Assembly (NCBI GenBank): GCA_002633005.1
Contig: NMRA01000340.1
Coordinates: forward strand, 186,001-250,000
Source: Phoronis australis
Lineage: Eukaryota; Animalia; Phoronida
Reading direction: 5' to 3'
DNA: 64,000 nucleotides
A program made the translations under genes and the position numbers. This document shows, piece after piece, positions 39,392-50,670 of this stretch (position 1 is the stretch's first letter; the number at the start of each line of letters is the position of its first letter). Below the pieces are notes generated by a model. The model was not told where the DNA came from, did not search any database, and saw nothing but the letters and a program-made list of their open reading frames with translations.

Positions 39392-41264
39392 TTTTTATCA
39401 CTATATACGTAGTTCATGGTTCTTGGTTGAGTCATCATTCATTGCAAAGATTGTCACGTTTTTGTACAAACCTGAAAAATCTTTTTTACTTTAGTTTGTT
39501 TGATATGTAAGGCCATCTGAAAAGTTTTGTTGCCCTAGCCCAACCTTCACTCCTCATAGATGGCTAGATCGATAGCTAATCATTGCTTTGGTTGTAAAAT
39601 ATTTTTTGTTTGCCACAGAAGAAAAAGCAATTCTTTAGTCAGATTTCAAATAAGTCATTTTGAATCCCACACATATTTCAGGGATGGTCAAATAATGGGA
39701 AAAAATTAATTTTAATTTAGGCCTAGTACATAAAAATAATTCACACATTTTGGAGCAAGTTCCATTATTTGCATTATTTCAGAGACAGAAAGGACAAAGT
39801 CTGTACTGTGACCCTCTTTTCTGCCTTTAAGTGCATTTCTTGTTGCCAGGGGCAACACTTTGATGAAAGTGTCGTGCAGTGAATCTTCTCATTGATTAAT
39901 TGAACAAAGTAACATTCGCACTTTCCGATTGGTTGGAATACTCTTTTTTCGGACATTCTGATTGCTTGGATGTTGAAGAATGCATTAAATATGCTGTGTC
40001 ATATATTGAGTTTTTGGCTGTGGAGATAATAATGGACTACAGTAAATTGATTTCCACATAAGTTTGTGTTTTGTCTCTGTCAAATGATAAGGCGTTTACA
40101 ACAAAATAATTCACTATTCGTTTCCGACTCATCTACGCACCATATGTTGACAACTAACATCCAAACCGAGGCATGCATACAGGTGCCTGCCTGCAGATTT
40201 TCTAATGTCATTTATCATAGTTTCGCAGTGTCACTCTCCTTCCGAGGGTGTCTTGTAACAGATAGTAGTGCTTGGTCTTTGAATTAAAAAAGTGACTTCC
40301 GTGCTATTTCTTCCATGGCTACATACATTTTGTTTTGGGTGGTGGTGGACCTTCAACCCTGTCTACAATGTTGCTGTTACGTGGATAGGTGTCTCACTGG
40401 TGTTCTCGTTACAGCTTGTATCTGTTGCAGCTTTCCTCGCCTCATCCTGTTTGTGTTAGCTTGAGTCATGTCTGGTCACACACGTCGTTACAAACACTGA
40501 CGTCATGCAGTGCATCACACTGTTGACTGTTGTGTGTCAGGGTTAAGGGTAGTTTTACCACGGTGTTGGTTGTCGCTGTGCGTGAGTGCTGATCACGTGT
40601 TGAATTCTGCCTGGAAGCTCAAATTAGGTGAATTAAGTTTAAAGGGCCAAGGTGTCACAGTCCCTATTTCTCGATGGATGACCAGAAATTGCGACGCATG
40701 AAGTTTTTATTGTTGTTTCAAACAATGGTCGTGCCCTCATGACACCCTAGTTCCACCAATAGCAGGCAGTGTTCTTACTATAGCCCTCCCTGAGACCGAC
40801 AACTATCCAATCTCAATTTAATCAATGCATCATGCTCACATGTCAGCATCACTGAATGGACCTTGACATGCCTGTCATTGATATGGACACATGCCTGTCA
40901 CAGAACAACGCCTCGCCTCGTGTGTTGCACTCTGTCTTCTCCTCAACTGCTGAATGTTTTTATTTACAAAGTCAATGGAACACAGACTGCCTTAGCATGT
41001 CCCTGATTTGCTACTTTCTCCCAAAGTACGATAAAGTCTCAACAGTTTGGGATACAATGTGATGAACAAATGAATATTTGTTTTTTGTTACTTTAATAAG
41101 GCAAGAATCACCAAAAAAATCTGTTTTCACTTTCAAGTTCTGTACTGTAGCTACCACAATACAATGTTTTGAGAAATCACAGCAATGTCAGATGCTTTTA
41201 GGTCAAGAAAAAGGCCAATTTTGGTAATTTTTGTGTGAAATCATTGAGATATTACCTTTCCATC

Positions 41265-41650
41265 AGGCTTACCTCAGCACCTTTCTCCCTGTTCACCCTT
41301 CTTTGGTTTTTTGACAAAGTGACAAAACTCATAGCTGCACTTGGACTGACTGTCTACCTCAGTGTACCTTCAGGCTTTCCCCAATAACATTCCGTCCCCC
41401 CTACTATACTTGTTTGATGGAGTGATAAAGCTCAGAGTACCATCTGGACTGATCATATCTTCCAGACAGTGTACCTTCAGGTTTTCCTCAATTTCTTTCT
41501 GTCTGTTCACCTTTCTTTGCTTTTTTAACAGAGTTTCAAAGCTCAAAGCACTACCTCGACTGACCATCTCTCCCGTTGTGCCTTCAGGTTTTCCACAATA
41601 CCTTTCTGTCTGTTCACCCTGCTTTGCTTGTTTAACAGAGTGACAAAGCT
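41265..41650 (+). repeat. ~107 bp degenerate tandem repeat containing the exon 4c acceptor and exon start
   Basis: CTTTCTGTCTGTTCACC...AACAGAGTGACAAAGCT recurs at ~41281, ~41390, ~41495 and 41602. Confidence 0.75.
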
Positions 41651-41687
41651 GGCACATCTACAATGAAGGAATTGTCTAAGCAGGGAG
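41639..41687 (+). CDS. SNAP25: SNAP-25 exon 4c (SDKAGTSTMKELSKQG-), divergent charge-reversed variant
   Basis: Long pyrimidine tract then tttaacag|; exactly 49 nt ending CAG GGA G|gtgata; no stop; layer residues S, G, T, L, Q in register. Donor lacks +5 G. Confidence 0.72.
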
Positions 41688-41836
41688 GTGATATGAGATT
41701 GCTGTTTGGGATCTCACTTCTGTAAACATGGGCTGTTGAAAATTTTGATGAGGATAACGTCTACCACCAGCTTGTTGCAGTTTCATTGGAAACTGCGATT
41801 ATCTACTGGAACTATGAAAATAATTATGCTAAACTC

Positions 41837-43430
41837 ACCTAATTTGTTGTGATGTGCATTGTACTTTAACCCACAATAACTTTGGTTAACAACCTATGGA
41901 TGACCCTCAAGCTATCAGCCCGTGTTTGCTTATTGGCACTTTAAGTTACATTTAATTTCTGGTGGTGTTTGTTGTTGAACTCATGGTTTTCATATTCTGT
42001 TGCTTTGTGTACTAACTTTGGTGTTGTTTACATAATGTGTTATACATTTGTTTATAAGTTAATTTTATTAATTATGTCTTAACTTATTAACCGACGCATG
42101 TCAATTATCAACCGTGAGACCCCCAATATTTTTGTATTACCTCTTGTTTGTATGAGACGGAGAAATACATTGCTTGTAGCACTAGAATAACATACCATTT
42201 GCTTAAAGAGACTGATAACCCCATCTGCTGTGGTCACGGAATCACTTAGTCTTTGTTTGAAAAGCTTGGAGTGTGTTCCACGGCGCTAGTGGCTTGCAAG
42301 ACTCTTACACCGAGAATTCTTGGTGTTTAAACCTAAATAATGATTTTTGTCCCATAATTCAACATTCTGGATGCATGATCTAATTGTTACGGTGTTGCAC
42401 ATTTTGCTGGTCTTAGTTAGCATAGTCTCATGTTTACTGAGATGAAACACTAGTGTTATATTACGTGATCTCAACAAACTTGCAAGAACCTAAAGTGACG
42501 GAAAGCACCTCTGGATCTTAAGTTTATGTGAATTCAATTATTTTTTGTTTAAACTTTGCTTACCTGTAATTACTGCAACTGTCAATCTGTCAGAACAGCC
42601 TACCTGGTCAACACGAGCAACTTAACCGCAGTCNACCTAATTTGTCGTGATGTGCATTGTACTTTAACCCACAATGACTTTGGTTAACAACCTATGGATG
42701 ACCCCCAAGCTTCAGCCCGTGTTTGCTTATTGGCACTTTAAGTTACATTTAATTTCTGGTGGTGTTTGTTGTTGAACTCATGGTTTTCATATTCTGTTGC
42801 TTTGTGTACTAACTTTGGTGTTGTTTACATAATGTGTTATACATTTGTTTATAAGTTAATTTGATTAATAATGTCTTAACTTATTAACCGACGCATGTCA
42901 ATTATCAACCGTGAGACCCCCAATATTTTTGTATTACCTCTTGTTTGTATGAGACGGAGAAATACATTGCTTGTAGCACTAGAATAACATACCATTTGCT
43001 TAAAGAGACTGATAACCCCATCTGCTGTGGTCACGGAATCACTTAGTCTTTGTTTGAAAAGCTTGGAGTGTGTTCCACGGCGCTAGTGGCTTGCAAGACT
43101 CTTACACCGAGAATTCTTGGTGTTTAAACCCAAATAATGATTTTTGTCCCATAATTCAACATTCTGGATGCATGATCTAATTGTTACGGTGTTGCACATT
43201 TTGCTGGTCTTAGTTAGCATAGTCTCATGTTTACTGAGATGAAACACTAGTGTTATATTACGTGATCTCAACAAACTTGCAAGAACCTAAAGTGACGGAA
43301 AGCACCTCTGGATCTTAAGTTTATGTGAATTCAATTATTTTTTGTTTAAACTTTGCTTACCTGTAATTACTGCAACTGTCAATCTGTCAGAACAGCCTAC
43401 CTGGTCAACACGAGCAACTTAACCGCAGTC
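41837..43430. repeat. Near-identical direct duplication (41837-42633 / 42635-43430) across a single N; probable assembly artefact
   Basis: Copies abut the N at 42634 with few SNPs; explains the twin ORFs 42286/43083. Confidence 0.85.
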
Positions 43431-43507
43431 CGCCCCTCTCAGGGCAACAAGTTGGCTGTTGTTAAATCCAGACACACGTTTTACTTTCTTTTCTTATGTT
43501 TCTCCAG

Positions 43508-43625
43508 AACAACTGGACCGCATTGAGGAGGGCATGGACCAGATTAACCAGGACATGAAAGATGCCGAGAAGAACTTGGAAGGAATGGAAAAGTGTTGTG
43601 GGTTATGCGTTCTTCCTTGGAAAAA
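43508..43625 (+). CDS. SNAP25: SNAP-25 exon 5 ([39 protein letters not shown]-) with palmitoylation Cys cluster
   Basis: tctccag| ... AAA|gtatgt; 118 nt, phase 1-2, same size as human exon 5. Confidence 0.97.
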
Positions 43626-44433
43626 GTATGTCAGCTATCAGCACAGACGAAAATGCCCGCTTGAAAAAACCAGTGACGTCATGTTCTGCCTCGTATCTCC
43701 TGATTTGCGCTTGTAAAAGTGATGACCAAAAAAAAGCGCTGAACATCAGATGGCATCCAAACGAATAAGGCCAATTTTCTACTAGTAATAACTTTTTCTG
43801 CTCGTATTGTCGAGTGCGTAATTACCTATGTTGAGCCCTGGTGGTGGAGCTATTCATTATCCAGCTGGTGTCTGTAATATTCTGGATCTGACAGTAACTG
43901 CTATCAGATATTCCTTACCGTGTCAAAAGCACTTATCCCCAATAAGAGCAGTAATCCGTGAGTTGCCCAATGATACCCCTGTCTCCATTCACAGCCAGTT
44001 GTTTGTTAGAGCTGGTTGCGTTACATGAGCCATTGTGTTCTAGGTGTTGTAAGAGATTCACAGATATTGCCACGTCTTACTGGAGTGGCTGCTTAAGTTA
44101 CCTGAACTAATCATCATTACCTTAGGTGCGTTATGAAATGGATTGTATTATGCTATTGTATTATGCATTTTGAGTAAATATATGTTAAGTCATTTGAGTT
44201 ATATGTATACTTTTATTTGTAAAACGCTACGCATTGTAATAGTGAAATTGGTCCCGGGTACTTGAATGTTTTGATGTTGTGAGCAGGTTATGAATATAGT
44301 AGTCAGTTATACACACTAAGCATAGCTGTCTTTTAACTTGCGCCAGTGTTTTGAACGACAATGTGTTAAGAAGACTTCCCACGGCATTGTTTGCATTTCA
44401 TGTATGTCTTATGCCCTCTACGTATTCTTGTAG

Positions 44434-44553
44434 ACAGAAGAAGTTTGATGAAGGTGCTACATGGAAAGACAACAACGATGGACAAGTAAATGAAGAGGGT
44501 CCTAGGATGATTGTTGGGGACCAGATGGGACCAACAGGCGGTTATATTACTAA
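44434..44553 (+). CDS. SNAP25: SNAP-25 exon 6, linker (QKKFDEGATWKDNNDGQVNEEGPRMIVGDQMGPTGGYIT-)
   Basis: ttcttgtag| ... TAA|gtaagt; 120 nt, phase 2-2; W-x-x-N-x-DG and GG(Y/F)I motifs. Confidence 0.95.
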
Positions 44554-45170
44554 GTAAGTAGGGCTAGGACCGATTGCTGGTTAGTAAATGGGTCTGAGAC
44601 CAACAGGCGGGCCTTTAACGCTGAATGGTAAACATCTTGATCTTGTAGACAAGGCAACTTATCTTGGTGTCATTTTACACTATCGTCTTTCCTGAAACCC
44701 GCATATTACAGAAAAAATCTCGAAAGCCAAAACTGCACTGGTGAGATGCTTTCATGCGGTGGGTAAACCTTGGAGAATGTCTCCCAAGTATATGTTCTGG
44801 ATTTATACTGCTGTTGTCCAACCTATAATGTCTTATGCTGCGTCAGTATGACTTGTATAACAGCATTAACAGAATACAATTATGAACAAACTTAATCAGT
44901 TGCAAAGTCTACCTTGTTTGTGCATTACCTCTGCTTTTCCAGGAATTGCTTCTACAGCCCCTTTTTAACAGGTGGTTATACTACTGAGTAAATAGGCTAG
45001 GACCAACAAGTGGATGTATTAGGAAATAGGACTGGGACCAACGGGTGGTTGTATTGCTATTAACTGAAAGTAATTGGGCTAGGACTAACAGGTAGTTATA
45101 TTACTAAATAAGTAGGGCTAGGATGAATGAGTGGTTGTGTTACTAAATAGAGCTGGCGGTTGTATTACCA
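44554..45170 (+). repeat. ~39 bp degenerate repeat copied from the exon 6 end plus donor
   Basis: AGGACTAACAGGTAGTTATATTACTAAATAAGTAGGGCTAGGA (45081-45123) versus exon GGGACCAACAGGCGGTTATATTACTAA|GTAAGTAGGGCTAGGA. Confidence 0.85.
44611..44966 (+). mobile_element. Decayed non-LTR retrotransposon fragment (RT C-terminal/thumb region, R1/LOA/I-like)
   Basis: Translates PLTLNGKHLDLVDKATYLGVILHYRLS*NPHITEKISKAK...GKPWRMSPKYMFWIYTAVVQPIMSYAASV*; flanked by AACAGG(C/T)GG. Confidence 0.85.
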
Positions 45171-45382
45171 CTGCCACCACAGGTACGCATCAACTAATTA
45201 AATTTGTCTGTTGACGGGGATGAATCTACTAGATTGTCTATTTACGGAACACATTTTTGGGAGCTATTGGTTTTTTTCTGAAGAAGTTTGTCCATCATGT
45301 AATGTGACTGAAACTGTAATTTAGGGATGTTTAACCTTGGGCTTTTGCCTTTAACTGTTGGCACTGCCCGTCATCATTACAG

Positions 45383-45527
45383 GATTACCAACGATGCACG
45401 GGAGGATGAGATGGAGCAGAATATTACAGAGGTCAGCGGCATGATTGGTAATCTGAGAAACATGGCGATTGACATGGGTACAGAGATAGGTGCTCAAAAC
45501 AGGCAGATTGACAAGATTAACCAGAAG
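45383..45527 (+). CDS. SNAP25: SNAP-25 exon 7 ([48 protein letters not shown]), Qc SNARE motif
   Basis: ttacag| ... AAG|gtaaga; 145 nt, phase 2-0. Confidence 0.97.
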
Positions 45528-45534
45528 GTAAGAA

Positions 45535-46010
45535 CAGTGGGGAGTTGATACAGGGCTGAGGTCCACGATCAACACTTGCTGATTGATAATACAAGTCAGG
45601 TAGTTAGACTGTGTGCTCAGAAGAGAGTGGGAATTGATATTGGCACTAAGGTTTGTGATCAACAACTTGCTGATTGAGAGTATAAGTCAGGGAGTTAGAC
45701 TGTGTGCTCGGAAGAGAGTGGGAATTGATACTGACACTGAGGTCTGTGATCAACACTTGCTGATTGAAAATATAAGTTAGGGAGTTAGATTGTGTGCTCA
45801 GAAGAGTTGGGAATTGATACTGGCACTGAGGTCTGTGATCAAGGAGATGTTACACTGTGAGCTCAGAAGGAAGTGGGGAATGGACATGCGTGCTGTGATC
45901 AGTGATCAAAACACATTGAGAAGACTAATGGAAATTAGATAACGTTTTGGGCTCAAAAGGGAGCAGAGAATTGACACAGGTGAAGAAGCCAGTGCTCAAA
46001 AGTGGAAGGC
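45535..46010 (+). repeat. ~90 bp degenerate tandem repeat copied from the exon 7 3' half plus donor
   Basis: Composite unit reads GIDTGTEVCDQHLLIENISQGVR versus exon [21 protein letters not shown]|VR, aligned without gaps. Confidence 0.8.
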
Positions 46011-46162
46011 AAGACTGGAGGGGCAGGAGAAGAGAACGTTGATTAGTCGTTGTGAACGTGTTGTATGGTTTTTAACTGCATCTGTCAGTTGTGCAATTTT
46101 ATCACCTTATTTTCTGGGGTTTGAATGGATATTGTTGAGGCGTAAGCCCCAACAATGAGAGC

Positions 46163-46330
46163 AGACAGTGTGGCTCAGTGCTTTGAGCTCCAGACTCCTG
46201 TTTGGGAGACTTGGATTCGAATCCTGGCTTTACTGGCAGACAATCCAGCATGGCACAAATATGTCTCCTAATCCTCTGAGCTCAGTGTTACTCGTGAATG
46301 TATTCAAGGGAATGAATGCGAACCTGGATA
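46163..46330 (+). mobile_element. tRNA-derived SINE-like element
   Basis: Pol III A box TGGCTCAGTG (46171) and B box GGATTCGAATCC (46213); no convincing cloverleaf; 3' end approximate. Confidence 0.55.
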
Positions 46331-46674
46331 TAATGTAAAAGCGATTTCTGGTGTGGTGCACATATTTTTAAAAAAACAATTGAGTTTATGCCTGTGGTAC
46401 TCTTACTCGAAATACCAACACAGTGCTGATCTTGATAGATAAATATGTCAGTTATTTGAGCATAAACTTTTCTGCAAAAAACATTACCCCATTACATTCA
46501 TTGATAATTAGTACAACCCTGGTCTTAGCCTTGCTCTGAAATTTGACGGCTTGAGTTTTTAAATAGTACATTGGGTATACGTATGGCACTTTGACCCTGT
46601 GAAAAGTATCTTAATTCATGAAAGATTATTAGTAGACAGAGGCAAATATAATCCCACTAACTATGAATTTTCAG

Positions 46675-46740
46675 GCCACTTCTAATGAAGCCCGTATTCA
46701 AGAGGCCAACAAACGTGCTAACAAATTACTCAAGTCCTAA
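46675..46740 (+). CDS. SNAP25: SNAP-25 last coding exon (ATSNEARIQEANKRANKLLKS*)
   Basis: ttttcag|; matches human ADSNKTRIDEANQRATKML; TAA at 46738-46740. Protein is 207 aa with exon 1a or 223 aa with 1b. Confidence 0.96.
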   Translation, partial: ATSNEARIQEANKRANKLLKS

Positions 46741-46797
46741 CTCTACTACTTCCTGTGAATTGGTCAACAACATTACAGTAAGTACACTGCAGCCATC

Positions 46798-46903
46798 AAT
46801 AGTCACTTGCAGGGGTTTCCCAATTTTGAGAACCAGTTTGATTCCTGTTATTCAGTGGTGAAAACTGGTTCTCAAAAATATGGGACCCCTGTAATTGACT
46901 ATT
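46798..46903. mobile_element. Foldback hairpin element in the SNAP-25 3'UTR
   Basis: AATAGTCACTTGCAGGGG..TTTTGAGAACCAGTTT [22 nt] AAACTGGTTCTCAAAA..CCCCTGTAATTGACTATT. Confidence 0.8.
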
Positions 46904-48340
46904 ACTGGGCAGCCTACATTCTTTTAACCAGGAAAATTAAACAGTGAATTCTGCTGCTTTAGAACACTTCGTCTGTATGACTAGCCCCCCTTGTGTTTAC
47001 ATGACGATTGTGCACAGGATGGCTTCAATTCATTTATTTATTATACTCAGTCGCTAGACCACCCCTGACTTTGGACACAAATATGTACAAAGTTTGCTGG
47101 TCTTAGACGCTAGTATTTTGTTAGTTTAAAGCCATGGTGGTTCCTAACATGTTTAAACAGGGATGTTGTATCTTTGACAACTGCAAAATAATGGACCCAA
47201 CGTTGCAGCCATCAAATAATACCATAGTTTGTCTGTGTTGGTTTAGATATTATCTGTTGGATATATATGTATGTCAAACAAGTTCACGATGGTTCCCGTC
47301 ATTCATTTGCCTCCAGGTTAATAGCTTTTGAATCACTGCGTGAAGTTGTGAGGTATGTATTAGCTACACAAATGTTTTGCAGTTTGAGTCGAGAACTCAG
47401 TTGTTATCATGGTTTTCTTACACAAAATTTATCTTTCTTACAGACTACTGACATCTGCCTACTATTACTTACATCTGCTTACTACTCGTGACATCTTCTC
47501 CAAGGAAACATTCTGTGCTGATTCCATGTTCATCTTTGTCCAGCAGTGTGCTCCATTTGTCCTTAGTCCTTAAGGTCAACAAGTCTTGAAGTGTCAACGA
47601 GCTGCTCGCAAAATACTTATTTTGTGGGTTATTGTTTCTTTGTGCCAGGAGGCATTGATGTATAACTCTTCACCCATTCTCCACTGTATAGGCCAAAAGC
47701 TGGAAACAGTTTAAAACATTATATTATGTTGTAAATATTCAAATTGTTTATTTTGTTTTTTTTGTTTAAAAGAAATTGCTATACTTGAATTCATTGCATA
47801 TTATTTAATTGAATATTATTTGATGATTTGAATCATTTAACAAGAAGAAGCTATGAAGAGACCATCTCTGGTATTTAAATTGTAGGATGTGCAATTTAGT
47901 TTTAGTGTTTATCATATCCGTAAGATATTAATTTTTGTCTTCTTGATCTTAAATATATTATAGTTTCATGATACTGTTGACTGTACAGCCGGCAGGTATA
48001 TTTATTAATTAAACCAATTCTGAGCTGTTCTCTGATATATTGTTCACTGAACTTTAAAGGAACTTGCCTGGTTTCTCTTTCACATTTTATAACTTCTTTT
48101 TCATTGACTTAATGTTCCAAAATTACTACTAAAGAGTCTTAGAAATGAGTGATTTGACAGTACAGTAAATGTTGATACTATATGAAGGTACATTTATAAT
48201 ATATGAAGATACATTTGATACTATATGAAGTCAGCTGACATTGCACACATTTTCCTCACCATATGCTCTGAAATTCAGGTATATAACAGTCTTTAATAAT
48301 GTATGCAAATTCAGTTTTACATTGCTAATGGTAACTAATC

Positions 48341-48423
48341 ACAGGGGTCCTGCATTTTGTGAACCAGTTTTCTCCACTGAATAACTGGCATCAAACTGGT
48401 TCTCAAAATCTGCAACCCCTCTG
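48341..48423. mobile_element. Foldback hairpin element, spacer in opposite orientation
   Basis: CAGGGGTCCTGCATTTTGTGAACCAGTTT ... AAACTGGTTCTCAAAATCTGCAACCCCT. Confidence 0.8.
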
Positions 48424-49197
48424 ACAATTGCCTTGTTGGAGGTAATTGTATGTAGCCGGTCATCAAGGCAAACAATTTAGACTGTTGGTGAGTGTATGCC
48501 AGTCTACTGACCAGTGTTAATTAGTGAAGGAGTATGCCGGTGGTGTACCTGTAGTGGTAGCTAATAGGTTATGAAGGTTATGAATGACTTATGCAATGTA
48601 TGCAAGCACTAAGCTGATGTGAAAATTCACTATTCTTAACTTCTTAAAAGCTTTGCATGTCACTGTCTCTCGATGTTGCAGAGCTGCCTGGAATGAAGAC
48701 TCTCAGATTGTGTCGCCCTCTGTTGGTATTCCTGGATAACAACTTCAGGACCCTGGACCATAGGTCAGACACCTTAAATCTGACACCATCGTATCTATGC
48801 AAAGAGGGATTCTCGACTTACTCCCTTTCTTGGCACCCTTCTCAATGAGTTGGATGTCACTGATGTTTTCAAAAACTATGGAATTTAAATCACTGGGATT
48901 TGCTGTGACTTGTTTTCCGAGACTCCCTTCCTAAAGAAATGCTTCGGTGTCACATTTGAGTTGTCCAACTCATGGTTCAGGGCCATGGAGTTGTCCAAAC
49001 ACACCGACTGAGGGTGACACAATTTTTGCAATAGTCAAGTATTCGCCAGTCCCCAGTATTATAGGCAAGTAGCTTTGCAATTTCTGGAGAAAATCATTAA
49101 TAATTTTTTACAGAAGTTTTGAATTCTATTGTCACATGAAGTACCTCCAGTCTGTAACTGGTCGAATGGTTATGCGCATCATCTAACGAGGTGTTAC

Positions 49198-49656
49198 GGT
49201 TATGTAGGACCCTTGAAAATTGTCCAAATTTGCTTAATTTCTGGACTACGTATCAGAAACAACTGATTGAATTATTATGAAACTTTTAGATACCATAATG
49301 CTTTATTCGCTGTTCTCCAAAACTCTGTTAGAATTTTTTTAAATGTTCCACTTTTGCATGAGGAGCTATCAAAAAAGACTTGTGAAAAAAAAATAAAAAC
49401 TGGTTTTAAACAAAAATGTTTTTTAGATTTCTCCCTGAGCATTTACATCAAATAAAACTCATGATTGTACCTTCTATTTTGTCTCAGTTTTATTAAAAAA
49501 TGCATGGTCATGTGGCCGAATTAATGTCAGATTAGTATTAAGTCAAACATTAGAGTTTACAGTGTCAGAAAATGTGTACTTTAATCAAGTTAAGATGTAC
49601 AGTTTTGAAGACATTTTGCTAAACACATAGACTTGCCAGTAAGGTCCTACATAACC
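49198..49656. mobile_element. MITE with 14 bp TIRs and TTAA-type flanks (Kolobok-like)
   Basis: ttac|GGTTATGTAGGACC ... GGTCCTACATAACC|ttaa; superfamily inferred from GG..CC termini and the TTAA flank. Confidence 0.7.
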
Positions 49657-50628
49657 TTAAACTTTAATTGTGCCCTTCATAGAAAGTAAGATTGTATTGC
49701 CAGAATGAGGTGGTTTAAATGCAAGTGCGTGTGTTATGGCCCCAAACATGAAATGAGGTCTTCGACATATAAAATAACTGTTGTATGTTAGCTGTGTAGA
49801 TTGTTTAGTTGGGGACACTCCTGTAATCTTTGCATCTCAATACTTTTACAATGAAGCTGTATCATTGTTTTGGTCGGAACATGAATACATTAAAGCTGTT
49901 TCAATTTAGTCCACTTACTGTTACGAAATTGCTCTCGTTTTGTTCTGCACAGAGATTTGGAGTGAGGTCAGGCGAAGGTTATAAAATTTCGGGTCACACC
50001 ATGCTTGAAATTATACAAGCTTGGTCTGAAAAAATACCAGAAATTATATAAGCTTGGTCTGAAAGAATACCAGACAACTCTAGACCATTTTCATAACGGT
50101 AATTGGCCCAAGTCAAATCTTGTTTATCGACAGAAAAAACGGGTTTAATGCTGCTTCAATAAAAGTTTAGCCAAATCTTTAGCGTTTGTATACATATCTT
50201 GTCTTACTGAACTTTTGATACACGTATCCCTAGTGTCCTGCATACATTTGGGCGATTTCGGATCGAGCAAAGATGCATTTTTAGATTGGACTCTGGTGCT
50301 GGTTTGTGTGTTCCCTTGGAAATGATAAGGTTAGCATTAAGGTTTGAACGGTGTTGTTGTGTTAAGTGTAAAAAGATTTGCATGTTATGTGATATATCGA
50401 TGCATATACTTGTAAAATATTCCACATTGTAAACATTTATTGCCAATATAAAAAGTTTGAATGTACAGCAAGGGTTGTTTTGGATGAGCACACATTATTT
50501 TGTCCATTATTTTAAAGTTCACGCAACAACCAATGATGGAACTTTGCTTGTCAACAAACGTGACTAAGCTGTATCCAGTTAGTAATGAATAGATTACACA
50601 CGACAGCATGCAGGCTTTAATGAAGCAT

Positions 50629-50670
50629 TTAATTAAATTTCTTTTTGGTAGCTGTGTATCGCTCCATGTA
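50629..50670 (-). CDS. LRRC57: LRRC57 exon 5 (YMERYTATKKKFN*)
   Basis: tccttttcag|; matches human C-terminus YMERFTATKKKFA. Confidence 0.95.
   Translation of the reverse strand, partial: YMERYTATKKKFN

Noticed and set aside
40600-40660. Possible fourth exon 4 variant ending ...KGQG
   Set aside because: No GT at the required position and no acceptor 49 nt upstream.
41837-43430. ~800 bp duplication before exon 5, a possible exon 5a/5b analogue
   Set aside because: Single-N join, near identity, and it ends before the exon 5 acceptor; no second exon 5 found.
46163-46240. tRNA gene
   Set aside because: A and B boxes are present but no consistent acceptor or anticodon stems; treated as a SINE head.
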